Both the position numbers and the translations under genes were made by a program. Positions 1 to 12,095 of a DNA stretch of 64,000 nucleotides are shown here, piece after piece (the stretch's first letter is position 1; the number at the start of each line of letters is the position of its first letter). The notes under the pieces were generated by a model, which worked only from the letters and a program-made list of their open reading frames with translations, had not been told where the DNA came from and searched no databases. The DNA comes from Octopus vulgaris (taxonomy: Eukaryota): contig OX597818.1 in the NCBI GenBank assembly GCA_951406725.2, positions 46,376,001-46,440,000 on the forward strand, in the 5' to 3' direction.

Positions 1-402
1 CGTTTAAACCGAAATTATCCGGAAATAACCGAAGTATTCCGTTTTTTCCATTTGTGAAAAGTTGATAAAGAAGTTATCGTCTGCTAAATACTTAGTTCAC
101 TTTTCTTTTCATGAAGACCACGTTTCAAGTCAACATTGAAAGTGAAGTAGCTTATTAATTTCGTTTTTATTATTTACAAAATTATAATCACTCATTCATC
201 TATCGCAAAGATAGAAATACAGATTTCTAAAGGGTATTTTGCTATCATTTAGTATCTTATCCCTTTTGGTGTTGTAATTTTCCGTCACGTTCTCTTCATA
301 GAACTATGTAAAGTTTGAACTGAAGATAAAGTCCCTTACTGAATTTATTGAAAAATATTCAACAATTACATTAATTTATTAATTCAGTCTTTTAATAAAG
401 TT

Positions 403-3400
403 ATGGGTGATGGTAACTGTATGGCCAGAGCTGTGTCACTCTTGCTCAAAAACAACAGAAATTACCAAATTCTTCGGGAATACATATGCAATAATTGGAA
501 GTATTTTCGTTCTTTTATTCCTAATAGTAAAATGCAGGAATACCAAACATACATGAGTAGGGATGGAACATACGGCGGTATTGTTGAATTAGCTATCATT
601 AGTGAATTGTACAATGTTGCAAAGGAAGGTTTTAGTATTATATAATGGCGAACTTGACAACGACCATTACGATGCTCTCTTTCCCATAAACAATCATGAG
701 CATTGAAAGAAATGAAGAAGGAAATAAAACATCACAAGACAGTGAAAAAGGCAAAAGAATGAGAATTCAAACACTAAAAATGAAGATCGTAAAAAAAAAA
801 AAACATTGGAAAAAATGAAGGAATATGAGAGGAGGACAAGAGAAAAAGAAAACGATAAAGATAGGGAAATAAGATTGCAGAGAAAGAAGGAAAATTACTG
901 AAATAAAAACATACAAGAAAATGAAACAAATAAAGAAATATGATTGCAGAAAAGGAGAGAAAAAGGTAGAATAAATAGAAAAGAAGAGAGTGTAAGTGAC
1001 TGAAAAATATGACTAAAAAGAAGAAAGCTTTTCAGAGAAAATCAGCAGAAAAAGTATAGACGATTTCAGAGGCAAGGTGTAGCATTTAATTATGTTCCTG
1101 ATTGTAATTATGCATCTGAAAAACTTGTCTCCCTGGGCTCTATGTGCAAAACATGTGAAAAGTGTGGTGCTAGGAAGTGGGACAAGGAATTATTAGGTAA
1201 GTGTTGTTCTAAAAGTGAAGTCCATTTACCAATAATTGAGCCTCCAGAACTTATAAAACATCTTTTGGGTGTCGCTTCAGAATCAAAATACTTTCTGAAA
1301 AATATTAGAGCATACAATTCTACTTTCCAAATAACATCATTTAGGGTAAAAATTATTAGGGAAAGTGGGTTTATGTCAACTTTTAAAGTGCAAGGAAATA
1401 TTTATCACAGAATTGGCTCTCTTAAGCCTTTACAGAATAAAGATCCACAATTTTTACAAATATATTTTATAGGTGACATTCAAAAGGAAGCACAGTATCA
1501 CATCAAGAATTGTCCAGGTACAAGATTAGAACTTATTTTTAAGCTGCGAGAAATGCATCACGAAAAGAATTCTTATGTGAGAAGCGTTCAGTATGCTTTT
1601 TTAGATGGTCATGGAAGTGTGGTGAAACCATCTAATAACGACTTTGCCAGTTGGAAAAGAGAGAGACAACTGAGTAGAATGTTTGAGAGATGATTTATTG
1701 ATACGTTGGCATGTGTCTGTGTGTGCATCATGTATACAGAATAATAGACAAGCTGTCATGAGAACAAAGTGCATGGATGTATGTGTGCGCTACATATTAG
1801 AACAAAAATGAGGAAGAAAGTGAAAGAGTCTAATATGAGAAGTTAGACGAATGTTTGTAGACACAAGAAAGAAAATACCAGTTTGTTGTCAATTGTACAC
1901 GGTAGTTGAAATACTCTATCAAGAAGAGACGGTGATGCAGAGCCAGTTGCAGTATGTGTCATATGAAGTTGTGGCTGTAATGCTGCTGCCTGGCTCACTT
2001 GTACAGGAGTTCTTGCAGGTTGTATATTTGCTGTTAACCATGAAGTAATTCACAAACAGTGCAATATTGGAACCTCTGCAAGTTGCTTGTTGAGCTGTAT
2101 ACCTAGAGACGATGTTGATGCCATTAAGAAGCTGGTGGTGACGAAATCGATGGTTGCCATTATGCTGTTGGGCAGGTGTTGTCGTCTGGCTCGCAGGTTG
2201 CATATTTGTTGTTGATTCATGGTGAAGTAATTCACTAACAGTGCTATGTTGAAACCTGGGTGTTTTGCTGTTGGACAGGTGTTGTCGTCTGGCATTGTTG
2301 CTGGAACTGGCTGTGTCTTGTGTAGTCAGTGGCTAGATCTTAAAAGGTCTGGAACCAAAGACTTCAAGATGAGGAGAAGGTGAGTTTTTATAATGAACAG
2401 TACGTTCAAAAGGGGTTGAGAAAAGGCTGTCTCACATAATCTTATTTAGGGGCTCTGATTGGTTTTATGCTGCATATTGGTGCGACAGAGTAAGAGACAA
2501 ATTGCACTAATACCAACCAATCAGGGTTGTGGACACAACAGGGTCCAAATAGCAGCCAAAGGTTATCTGTTATCTGCTACGTTCGAATGTATCTATATAT
2601 AATAAAAGGGAGAGAAATTTCACTTGAGTGTATGCTACACTTTAGAATATACTTCAACTGCAGACTTTCAAGTTGTCATTGATGCCAACAAAACACCAGC
2701 AGAAGAACATGTTCATTGATTCAATGTTCCTGAGTGTACTGAAATGGCTATTATTATGATTGGAGAACAATATTGAAATATTGTGACAATAGCATCATGT
2801 TCATAACTGAAACATATCATTCATATGATGCTTTACAATGTCCCTTGCTTTTTGCTAACAGAGAAGATGGATACCACTTTGGTACATCACAAGTTGGAGG
2901 AATCACTTCCAAAAGAACTATATCCTGTATGGATTATGTTCGTGAATGATTACATATACCAGGTTCAATTACAATGTCTTCACACGAAAATAGAATACAG
3001 TAATGAAATCTACAATGCTGCATTAATTGCCATTGAAGAGAAAGTTGTTTCTATGAAAGGGAATGAATTACATGGATATGGACTATCTCATACCAATCAT
3101 TCTAAACTCGATAGTTTAACAACATATCTATTAAGTGAGACTTCCTACGACATTGAAGACCTCTCAAGATATGTTAGTGAAAAATGAACTGAAATTGTTG
3201 CTTGAGCAAAAAGTATTCTACAATACTATACTAGAAAAGGTTTTTGATCAAATGGGACGGCTATTTTTTTTACCTTGATGCTTCTGCAGGCACTGGCAAA
3301 ACATTTGTCACAAAGCTTTTACTTGCCAAAGTGCAACAAGAGAAAAAAATGGCTTTGGCTGTTGCTTCTTCCAGGTATTGCTGCTACTTTACTTCCAGGA

Positions 3401-3440
3401 GGAAGAACATCTCACTCTACTTTTAAATTGCCCCTGAACA
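403..3440 (+). mobile_element. Degenerate Helitron: OTU protease domain, charged coil, N-terminal Zn region, PIF1-like helicase fragment; Rep core largely deleted
   Basis: GDGNC...YGGIVEL...HYD OTU motifs (403-680); CEKCGARKW..E..GKCC, NIRAYNSTFQITSF, TFKVQGNIYHRIGSL, PQFLQIYF (1142-1599); VVIDANKTPAEEH..FNVP (2644-2760); LDASAGTGKTF and AVASS-GIAATLLPGGRTSHSTFKLP (3270-3440); many stops and frameshifts. Confidence 0.92.
1600..2639 (-). mobile_element. 1040-bp LTR-like insertion (solo LTR or TGT..ACA element) in the Helitron ORF, 4-bp TSD CTTT
   Basis: CTTT at 1596-1599 and 2640-2643; ends TTTAG..CTACA (TGTAG..CTACA with one change); removing it restores CAG TAT GCT TTA GAA TAT (QYALEY); minus-strand AATAAA near 1695; internal tandem duplications 2040-2300. 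Confidence 0.75.
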
Positions 3441-4875
3441 GTGGCAGCTCAAAGATAAAATTAGTGGGGGGTGCTGCTTCAGAAAAATTTTAGCTGTAGT
3501 TTAGAAAGAAACAAACATATAAAAAGAACATTTATACATAAACTTGATCAGTTTGTGCTTTAGCCACTGCCAGGTAGTGTGTTTAATTTGTTCATTGAAC
3601 ACCACTGTGAATTCTCCCCTGTTTTTCAAAAATTCCCCCTAAGTCACAAAATGAGGGGAGAAATATACCCTGTTTTTCAAATCCTGGCAGCAACACTGAA
3701 GCTGGAAGCAGGATAATAATCTAATTCAACACTTTATCACATTAAAGAATATAAACACGTTTGTAAGCACAACACACACGGAGTCAAAAAGAAACACTAT
3801 CTTTCACTTGGCACATGAAAATTTTTTTTCCACCAGAGTTCCAGACCCCAGTAATGAACTTATTTGCATACAGCCAATCAGAGCAGAGCCACCATTATCC
3901 TTTCTTCCTCTCTAGTCAGCACCATGCATTCCTTACTCTTTCCCTCTCTATTGGCAGACAACAATTCTCCGTCTACTGGCAGACTATCGGAAAAAATTTT
4001 CACTATCACTACAAGTACTACTGTCTCTCTAACTATCTGTTGGGCAAACAAATAAATATATGTAAATATTTCTTCCTTCTTGATGTTGATCCTTCAATGT
4101 CCAGTGGTTACTCCATCATTGGCACAATAATACACTTGCCCGAAATGAATTGCTGGAGTTATTTCATTTTTTTCCAGAAAAGTGCTTTTAAAAAGTTATA
4201 GAGGTTTAAAGTTTAATCATTTTCACTCAGTCAGGAAACAGGACTTGGAAGCTTCCATTTTGTGCATGACTTCACATTTTGTCAACATCCTGAAAATGCT
4301 TACATTTTTTATATCTTCTGTGAATTTTTCACATGTCCAGCTAGTTATGATAAATAGATCTATAATTTACTACTAATTATATAATAGTACTCAGCAAAAG
4401 AGGGGAAACCATTTTAGTCATTGTCTACTTGACCATAGAACATGTAGTACTGCTTTACATGGTACCAGTAGCTTGTCTCATCAGCCTGTGATAAGGTCCC
4501 TGACCTGACTCTCATCTTAATCTACAATTATTAAAAAAATTCAATTTGTAAAAAGCTTCTACTTAGGAATAATAATGTTAAAATTTTTTTTCTATTTACA
4601 AATGATAGTGTCATGTAAAAAGCACTGGTGTCATATAAAGAGCATCCAGTACACTCTGTAAAGGGGTTGGCATTAGTAAGGGTATACAGCTGTAAAAACT
4701 ATGCTAAGACAGACTATGGAATCTGGTGTGACTCCTGGCTTTGCCAGCTCTTGTCAAACTGTCCAACCCGTGCCAGAAAAGAAAATAGATGTTAAATGCA
4801 TAATGAATCAAATTATTATTGTTCCATTTCTATTATTGACTAATTTCTGAATTTCTTCTTTTTCAGGCTAGAAAC

Positions 4876-4917
4876 ATGGTTTATAGAGTTGGTAGATCTG
4901 CTGTTTACTTCTGTTGA
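4876..4917 (+). promoter_or_regulatory. Upstream ORF (MVYRVGRSAVYFC*) in the 5' UTR part of the first coding exon of the GDPD gene
   Basis: Acceptor tttcag|4867; aaacATGg in strong context; TGA at 4915-4917, 31 nt before the main ATG at 4949. Confidence 0.5.
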
Positions 4918-4948
4918 CTGCTTTTACTGTCTGTTCATTCTTGTTGCT

Positions 4949-5065
4949 ATGGTTACTCACATGCGATTTCAATATTACAAACACAATTATTGCCTTCTTT
5001 GCATAACTGGCTCCTTAGGATGTCAATGGCACCGTTATCGGCAGTCAGCATGCAACAGCCGAAAG
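4949..5065 (+). CDS. GDPD5: Six-TM glycerophosphodiester phosphodiesterase (GDPD5/GDE2-like), coding exon 1
   Basis: MVTHMRFQYYKHNYCLLCITGSLGCQWHRYRQSACNSRK resembles the GDPD5 N-terminus (QYY...CLSCLTG..GC.W.RY.RS); donor AAG|gtaaga, phase 0. Confidence 0.9.
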
Positions 5066-5435
5066 GTAAGAAACTAGGCATTTCACTCTAGAAACACTTA
5101 AATATCCTGTTTACTCCTAATTATCTGTCTTAATTCTCTTTGTGTCTTTTTCTTTTTTGTTTTAGTACCATTAAATTTTAAACCTTAAAAGAAAACAGTG
5201 AAAAGTCAGATTTTGATCGTTTTCTATGAAATTTATTTTTAAGAGATTCTGAATTATGGTAAAATCTTCAAGATTTTGTAATAAAATCATAAAAACTTCT
5301 ATTTTAATTGTAAAGGTAAGGCCATATACAGAGATGCCAATAGTAAGGTTAGGGTTGGCAATGAGTATAGTGAAGAATTCCAGGTAGAAGTAGGGGTCCA
5401 CCAAGGTTCAGCCCCCTCTTATTCATCATAGTCCT

Positions 5436-6935
5436 CCAGGCAATAACAGAGGAATTCAAGACAGGTTGCCCATGGGAGCTCCTCTATGCTTATGACCTGG
5501 CCCTCATAGCAGAATCACTGCCGGAACTAGAGAAGAAATTTCAGGTGTGGAAGCAAGGTTTAGAATCGAAGGGCCTTATAGACAATGTTGCAAAGACCAA
5601 AGTTCTAGTAAGTAGGAAGGCGAACACATCACATACCCCTTCAGATAGGTGACCCTGCTCAATCTGTAGAAAAGGTATAGGTAGAAACTCCATGGATGTA
5701 CCCAGTGTAAGCTATGGACATATAAGAGGTGCAGTAACATCAAAGGAAGATTAAATAGGAAGATAGCTTTCATAAGCGGCAGATGCACAGGGGTAATAAA
5801 CATTACAGATGCTCAGAAAACAGATTCAATCATATGCCAGGGGAAGAAACTAGAAGCAGTTGATAGCTTTCACTACCTAGGTGACCAAGTCTGTAGTGGG
5901 GGTGGATGTTCAGAGAATGTTACCACTAGAATAAGAATAGCCTGGGCAAAGTTCAGAAAGCTCTTACCCCTACTGGTGACAAAGGGTCTCTTGATCAGAG
6001 TGAAAGGTAGATTGTGTGATGCCCGTGTGTGAACTGACATGCTTCATGGCAGTGAAACATGAGCCATGACTGCTGAAGGCATGTGTAGGCTCAAAAGAAA
6101 TGAAGCTAGCACGATCTGCTGGATGTGTAATGTCAGTGTGCACACACGATAGAGTGTAAGCGCCCTGAGAGAAATGTTGGACATAAGAAGCATCAGATAT
6201 GACATGCAAGAAAGACATTTATGTTGGTATGGTCATGTACTATGGATGGATGAGGAGATCTGTGTGAAGAAATGCCACTACCAAACAGTGGGAAGAATCT
6301 GGGGTAGAGGAAGACCCAGGAAGACATGGGATGAGGTGGTGATGTATGACCTTTGAACATTGGGCCTCACAATGACAAAACACTGAGGCAATGACAAAAC
6401 ACTGAGACCTCTGGAGTTATGCTGTGACTGAGAAGACCCAGCAAATAAAGTGAGTTCACAGCTGTAACCTACACCAGTGTCGCATAACCAGCCCACTCAA
6501 AAGTACCTTGGATCATAGGGCAACATACCATGCTTGAGGAGACCTATTGAGTCAAGTACATCAAAACCAAAATCAAAAGGAATTTGTAGTTGTGATCCCC
6601 ATGCTGGTGGCACATAAAAAGCACCATCCGACCGTGGCTGATGCCAGCGCCCCCTTGACTGGCTTCCGTGCTGGTGGCACGTAAAAAGTACCAACCGATT
6701 GTGGTCGTTGCCAGCCCCCTCTGGCTCCTATACTGGTGGCACATAAAAAGCACTAAACTCTCGGAGTGGTTGGCATTAGGAAGAGCATTCAGCTGTAGAA
6801 ATACTGCCAGATCAGACTGGAGCCTGGTGCAGCCTCTAGGCTTCCCAGGCCCCAGTCAAACCATCCAACCCATACCAGCATGGAGAACGGACCTTAAACG
6901 ATGATGATGATGATGATGAGGAGGAGGAGGATGAT
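5436..6935 (+). mobile_element. 5'-truncated degenerate RTE-clade LINE (RT C-terminal half, 3' UTR, (GAT)n tail)
   Basis: LPWELLYAYDLALIAESLPELEKKFQVWKQGLESKGL; GSETW-like; LCWYGHVLWMDEE; RGRGRPRKTW; 3' UTR with repeated gctggtggcacataaaaagcac units ending in atgatgatg. Confidence 0.88.
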
Positions 6936-7344
6936 ATAGCGTCAAGGAGCACTGAAATATAACTGCAGCAGGCAAAAATTGCCCAGTTGTGGCATCACCT
7001 GCTGTTGGTATATTTGTTTTTTCTTTTTAAGAGACTATGACATGTTTATAAGAGATGCATTCTTGAGACAAATAATGCTGCAGTTTAGAAGACTTTCATC
7101 AGTAAATATGCTTTAAATATGATATAAAGATTGTTAAAAGCAAACTTTAGGTTAGTTAAAATATGTTTGTGACATATTTCAACTTCTAAAGGCAAATTCT
7201 CTGCAGTTACTATGGAGATAAATGTCTCTCAAAAGGTAAAAACACTGCTCATTGTCACCCTCTATCAGATTCCCAGACACATTGTTTCTAGCTCTTTAGT
7301 CATTATCAATGAAAAATACTAAAGAGAGGTAGCTCTGGGCAAAT

Positions 7345-7570
7345 TTAACCCTTTTGTTACCAACCCGGATGAAACCAGTTCGGGTTCTGAGTACATATGC
7401 CTTGTTTTCATAAGTTTTGAATTAAAATCTTCTACCAAACCTTAGTCACAATTTATGTTCCTAACACTAGCTGAATGATAACTAAGTTATTTTTCTAAAT
7501 TCTTTGTTACATTTAAAGTAATTGAAAGAAACACAGAGTATCTCAAAATAAATACAGTAATGAAAGGGAA
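7345..7570. mobile_element. piggyBac-type MITE (TTAACCCTTT..AAAGGG)
   Basis: Starts ttaacccttttgttacc and ends gtaatgaaaggg; body homologous to 17535-17740. Confidence 0.6.
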
Positions 7571-8744
7571 ACACAATCAACAACATTGACTAAGTTGTGC
7601 TATTGGACTGTCAGGTCAGGAGAAATTTAGCAGTATCAGCACCAAGCAGTGTTTTGGCATTAGCAAACTTTAGGTTAGCTAAAGTATGTCTGTGACATAT
7701 TGCTAAAAATAACTTGATTTGTAGGCTTATGTGATACTTTTTAAAATTCTATAAAATAGATGTCTAAGCTGGGGTTACAAATGTTTATAAGGCCTAACAT
7801 CACATCATATTGAAACTTGAAGTAAAATTTGTCCCTTTTTGTTTATTTGTAACCTTGTGAAGTTAGAATAAAAGTTATACATGAAATTAAATGGGTTGTT
7901 TATTAGAAAACTACTGTTTTTCATCATTACTATAATTTGTACCATATTTTAATTAGAGAATATAATTCCAAATTACCTAAGCATTACAAGAGAAAGAGGA
8001 AGAAATAAAAGTGTAAGAAAGAGATAATTTTACATCTGTCACAATGAGATTGTTTTTCTACTACAATGGCTTATAAAATATATATATAGAGAGAACTGAA
8101 TTTAATGCTAGTTATTCAAGGTTGATGTGATTTTAAAAAATTTATCCAGTGAGAATAACATATTAGCATTACAACTTCATGGCTTTTAATAAAAAAAAAA
8201 AGTGTTAAGGATTTGTCTTATAAAATAGATGACATATTTTTAAATGACAGTATACTTCGACAGCACTATCTCAACATATGCACTTGAGCCCACCACGTCT
8301 GTAACTGAAACCTTGTTTTTAACCTGGAGCTGGATATGTGGTTTATTTATTGAAAGAAAAGAAAAGAACAAAGAAAAACATCAAGTTTTTTTATTTTTTA
8401 TTTCTTTGATTTCCTCTTTTGAAATAGGTTCTTTATGTGTTTGACAGCCTTGGAAATTAATATTCACGTTGTGCCTCTAAATGTCTAAATGTGAAAAGAT
8501 CACTTGGCTCTGTTATTCTGTATATTATAGTTAAGGCTGGGCAAATGACATGCAGTATTATATACCATTTGATAGTTTTATCTATATGCTGTCGCAAACT
8601 TAATTGATGTAATAGCAAAGATATTTGATTTATTCACTTCCCCTTCCTACAACCATTAATTTTTTTAAACTTTACTTGTTTTGGCTTCATTATAAGGATT
8701 AGTAGTCTTTAGAAAACAGTTGTCTGATTCCTTAATCACAGTGC

Positions 8745-9235
8745 ACTCAACATTACACATTGTCACCTATATATACTTTGTGTGCAGTTTCAATCCCTGT
8801 AAACACTGCATTACACTCTGTCACTCATGTGTACAGTTTCACTCACTGTACACTCAATATTACCAACTCTATCAAATATCTGTAGTTTCAGTGCATGTAT
8901 CCTCAACATCACATATTTATGTGTACAGTTTCAATCCATGTACACTCCACATTACATACTGTCACTTATGTGTACTGTTCTTTAGTTGCTGTACATTCCA
9001 CATTACATTGTCACTTATATGTACAGTTTTTCAGTCACTGTACATTCCACATCACATTCTCTGTCATTTATGTGCACAGTTTTTTAGTTGCTGTACATTT
9101 CACATTACATTCTCTGTCACTTACATGTACAGTTTTTCAGTCATTGTACATTCCACATTACATACTCTGTCACTTATGTGTACAGTTTTTCTGTCACTGT
9201 ACACTCCACATTTACAGTTTCTCTCTCTGTCCCTT
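8745..9235. repeat. Minisatellite with a ~53-bp unit, about 9 copies
   Basis: Unit tgtacattccacattacattctctgtcacttatgtgtacagtttttcagtcac; unit starts at 9039, 9092, 9145 and 9198. Confidence 0.9.
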
Positions 9236-9485
9236 TTTATTTTTTTCTCTAGCTCACTTATAACCATTCCTATTTCTGTTTACAATTTCTCTACTTGTTC
9301 ATTTCTGGTTGCAGTTACCCTACCTTTATGTAGTGTTTCTTTCAATGTTCACCTTTGTTGTTAATTTCTTTTCTTCCATGTTTACCTTTGTTAGTTCTTT
9401 TGAATGTTCACATTTGTTGTTGGTTTCTTTAAATGCTCACTTTTTGAATCTGTTAAACCCTGCTTCCAATTTCTTTCTATACTTC

Positions 9486-9835
9486 TGTAACGAGTATGTG
9501 AAATGAGGTAAATGTGAAAATGGATATACGATGAAAAGAACTGGTAAGTGACGATTTATTCTGTTACAAAATACAATGATTGCCATACATGAAATAAAAC
9601 AGGTTATAACAAAGATGTATAAGAGAACTTTGTGGTTAGGCTGGACTGTTTATTTGCTAGACATAGTTGGCATACTGTTTGGTGGTATGTAGAGGCAGCC
9701 ATTGGTCTGTTGGTTGTGTGGTCTTCATACAGCAATGATGTAGGCAGGTGTCTGGTGTAGACGAAAGCGGAGACTGGCTGGTGTCAGATACATTGTTGCT
9801 GGAGACGAGTTGCATGTTGTCAGTGGCGTGTCCAA
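9486..9835 (-). mobile_element. Truncated LTR-like element related to the 1600-2639 insert
   Basis: TGTAAC terminus, gatttatt (minus-strand AATAAA), shared motifs cattgttgctgga..gtcagtggc; cut by the LINE at ~9840. Confidence 0.5.
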
Positions 9836-9839
9836 AGAA

Positions 9840-11220
9840 TTTCTTTATTTGCCTTTAGGGGCATACATAGAGGGGACAAAACAAGGACGGTCTTTACACA
9901 GGGCTGGGGTTACAATCATAAGGATAAAAATTGATTAAATCGGTATGTTAAATCGAAAAGTTGAATGAGAATAAAATGGTTATAATAAGCACAGTTCTTG
10001 GCTTTTTATTTAAGCTGCCGGCTTTTTCCTTTTTTTTACTTTGTTTTCCGTTCTTTTTTTTTTTCACCTTGACACAAGCACGGCCTCATTCAATCTCAGC
10101 TTCTTTATAACAGTTATCCATCTTTTCTTGAACACTCTTTGAGGCAGGCACTTTTTCTCCAGACAAATATTTCTTATAAGGTGATAGCTAAAATGACTTA
10201 CCAACCTGTGTCTGGGGACAAAGTTGCCTGTCTCAATTCCCCTTCTACATGTCATCCATACTGTGTGTTTCAGTATGGTTACTACACAAAAAAAAGGACA
10301 CCTCTCTTTCCTTATTAAAGGAAGAAGGTGGTACGATCTTAATGTTGGACTCAGTTGATAGCCATGCTCTTTCCGTTTCCGACATCAATTGTTTGATATA
10401 GGCTATCAGTCCTCCTCAATTCCTCACAATGTATGAAGACATGTGCAACAGTTTCACTGATGCGCACGCACCTCGGGCATGGGTGTGGGGTCAAAACCGT
10501 GCCTTGATAAACTCTCTTGAATTGGTAAGGCCAATTGCTACCACAGCTAAGCCTAGGATTTCTGGAAATTATCCAGGTACCTCAGTCCGAATGTCCTTCT
10601 GAACGGGTTGATTAGCTGGTTCCCATCAAAGCCCAGACCCTCCCCCAGGACTTTGTTGGACTTGTGATCTACTAACCCACTATAAAAATCCACAGTGGTA
10701 GCCCCGCTACTGGTACTACTCGCCCAGGAGAACAAAGTGAGTGCTTGTCTGCACTCGTTCTGCCAGTCACCCATTCTAGGTCTTCGCTTGATCCAAGCAC
10801 CTACACCCTGTAGGGATGTTAATTGCAGAAAAAAGAAGTTGATGTGCAGTGGCCACACCTGTTCACCATCCAGGTAGAGCCAGAGATGTCTCAGCCTCAG
10901 CACAAACTTGCGCATCATCAGCCAAGGCATCCCTAACCAACCCTTTTTATGGTTTCTGGCAGCTGATGGAGTGTCTCACTCATGGTGGTTTCCCTTCCAC
11001 AAGAAGCGGAAAAGGATCCATTCCAACTTGGCCAGTCACACACTGGGGCAAGGCACAACGGTTAGGCAGTAGGTTATCATAGATGCTATAAACACCTGTA
11101 CAACCTCCACCCTCTCTAACAAGGATAGCACCCTCCCATACTAGGTCTGGGTTATGGCCATCACCTTGTCTGTGACCTTGCTCCAGTTTTTCTCCATCTG
11201 GAGATCTGGTCCAAACTAGT
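9840..11220 (-). mobile_element. L1/Tx1-clade LINE 3' fragment (degenerate)
   Basis: Minus strand LRLRHLW..LDGE.VW.., C.RC...ET..H zinc knuckle remnant, F.KRW; 3' AATAAAG end at ~9845. Confidence 0.8.
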
Positions 11221-11308
11221 TTTTTTCTTTTTTATGCTAGACCATTGGTGTTAAAATTGATGTTATCAAATTAATATCCAATTTTTCACCCTCATTTTGA
11301 TTTTGATT

Positions 11309-11357
<49 letters not shown>

Positions 11358-11393
11358 GTGCTCAATTGTATCAAAGTATTAGTAATATTAAAG

Positions 11394-12095
11394 GACGACA
11401 CGACAGACAACTCTTCAGAAAGTAATTTATTGGAAGATGCTGACAAAGATTCAGAAAATCTTGCTTCAAATGAAAATGGTGATCATCAAAGTGAATCTGC
11501 ATCAGCTCAAGTTAATGAGAGTCCAGTGAGCAGTGACCAGAATTCTTCTGAGACTGTGGCAGAAGAAGAAAAAGAAGAAAAGAAAGAGAAACAAGTAAAA
11601 GTAAAGCTGATGTATTTGAACAATACTCAGCGCATTGTTGATGCATATTTATCTGATACAATTGGAGGATTTCGACAGTCACATTTTAGAAAAGAGCTTT
11701 CAGATAACAAAATGGTACACTTCATCTTCAATGGGAAAGCTCTTGGTAATGATACTTCCACATTGAGTTCATGTAACGTGAAGGGAAATTCCATTATCCA
11801 TTGTTTGATTACACCTTCCCTTGCTCGTCAAAATGAGGAATCGACATCAAATCAAGCCGGTGCTGCATTTGTGCCTCCCCCAATAAATGAGGGTAGACAA
11901 GAGACATTTATAGAGAGGGTTGTTTATCCATTCTTTATTATTCTCTTTGCTATTATTTGGTATCAACAATTTGCATTTGAAGACTCATTCATTTATAGTA
12001 GCATCATGTCTCTTCTTGGTGTTGTTCTCTTCCTGCTTGCCATGTCTTTGGCATTTTTTCGTGCCATTCGCTTCTGGGCAATTCAACAGATATAA
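11394..12095 (+). CDS. TMUB1: Transmembrane and ubiquitin-like domain protein (TMUB1/2-like) nested in GDPD intron 1; 5' end or start codon not in this exon
   Basis: Open for 245 codons from 11358; UBL VKLMYLNNTQRIV.AYLSDTIG.FR..HF...VHFIFNGK.L.ND..TL.S.NV..N.IIHCLI; two C-terminal TM helices (IIWYQQF...F...S..SL.G); acidic linker; TAA at 12093-12095. Confidence 0.85.
   Translation, partial: DDTTDNSSESNLLEDADKDSENLASNENGDHQSESASAQVNESPVSSDQNSSETVAEEEKEEKKEKQVKVKLMYLNNTQRIVDAYLSDTIGGFRQSHFRKELSDNKMVHFIFNGKALGNDTSTLSSCNVKGNSIIHCLITPSLARQNEESTSNQAGAAFVPPPINEGRQETFIERVVYPFFIILFAIIWYQQFAFEDSFIYSSIMSLLGVVLFLLAMSLAFFRAIRFWAIQQI

Noticed and set aside
7140-7701. 39-bp imperfect direct repeat (7140-7178 and 7663-7701)
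   Set aside because: Too long for a TSD, too short for LTRs; no further support
8720-9364. 214-aa Cys/His-rich ORF
   Set aside because: Translation of the 53-bp minisatellite; no domain motif
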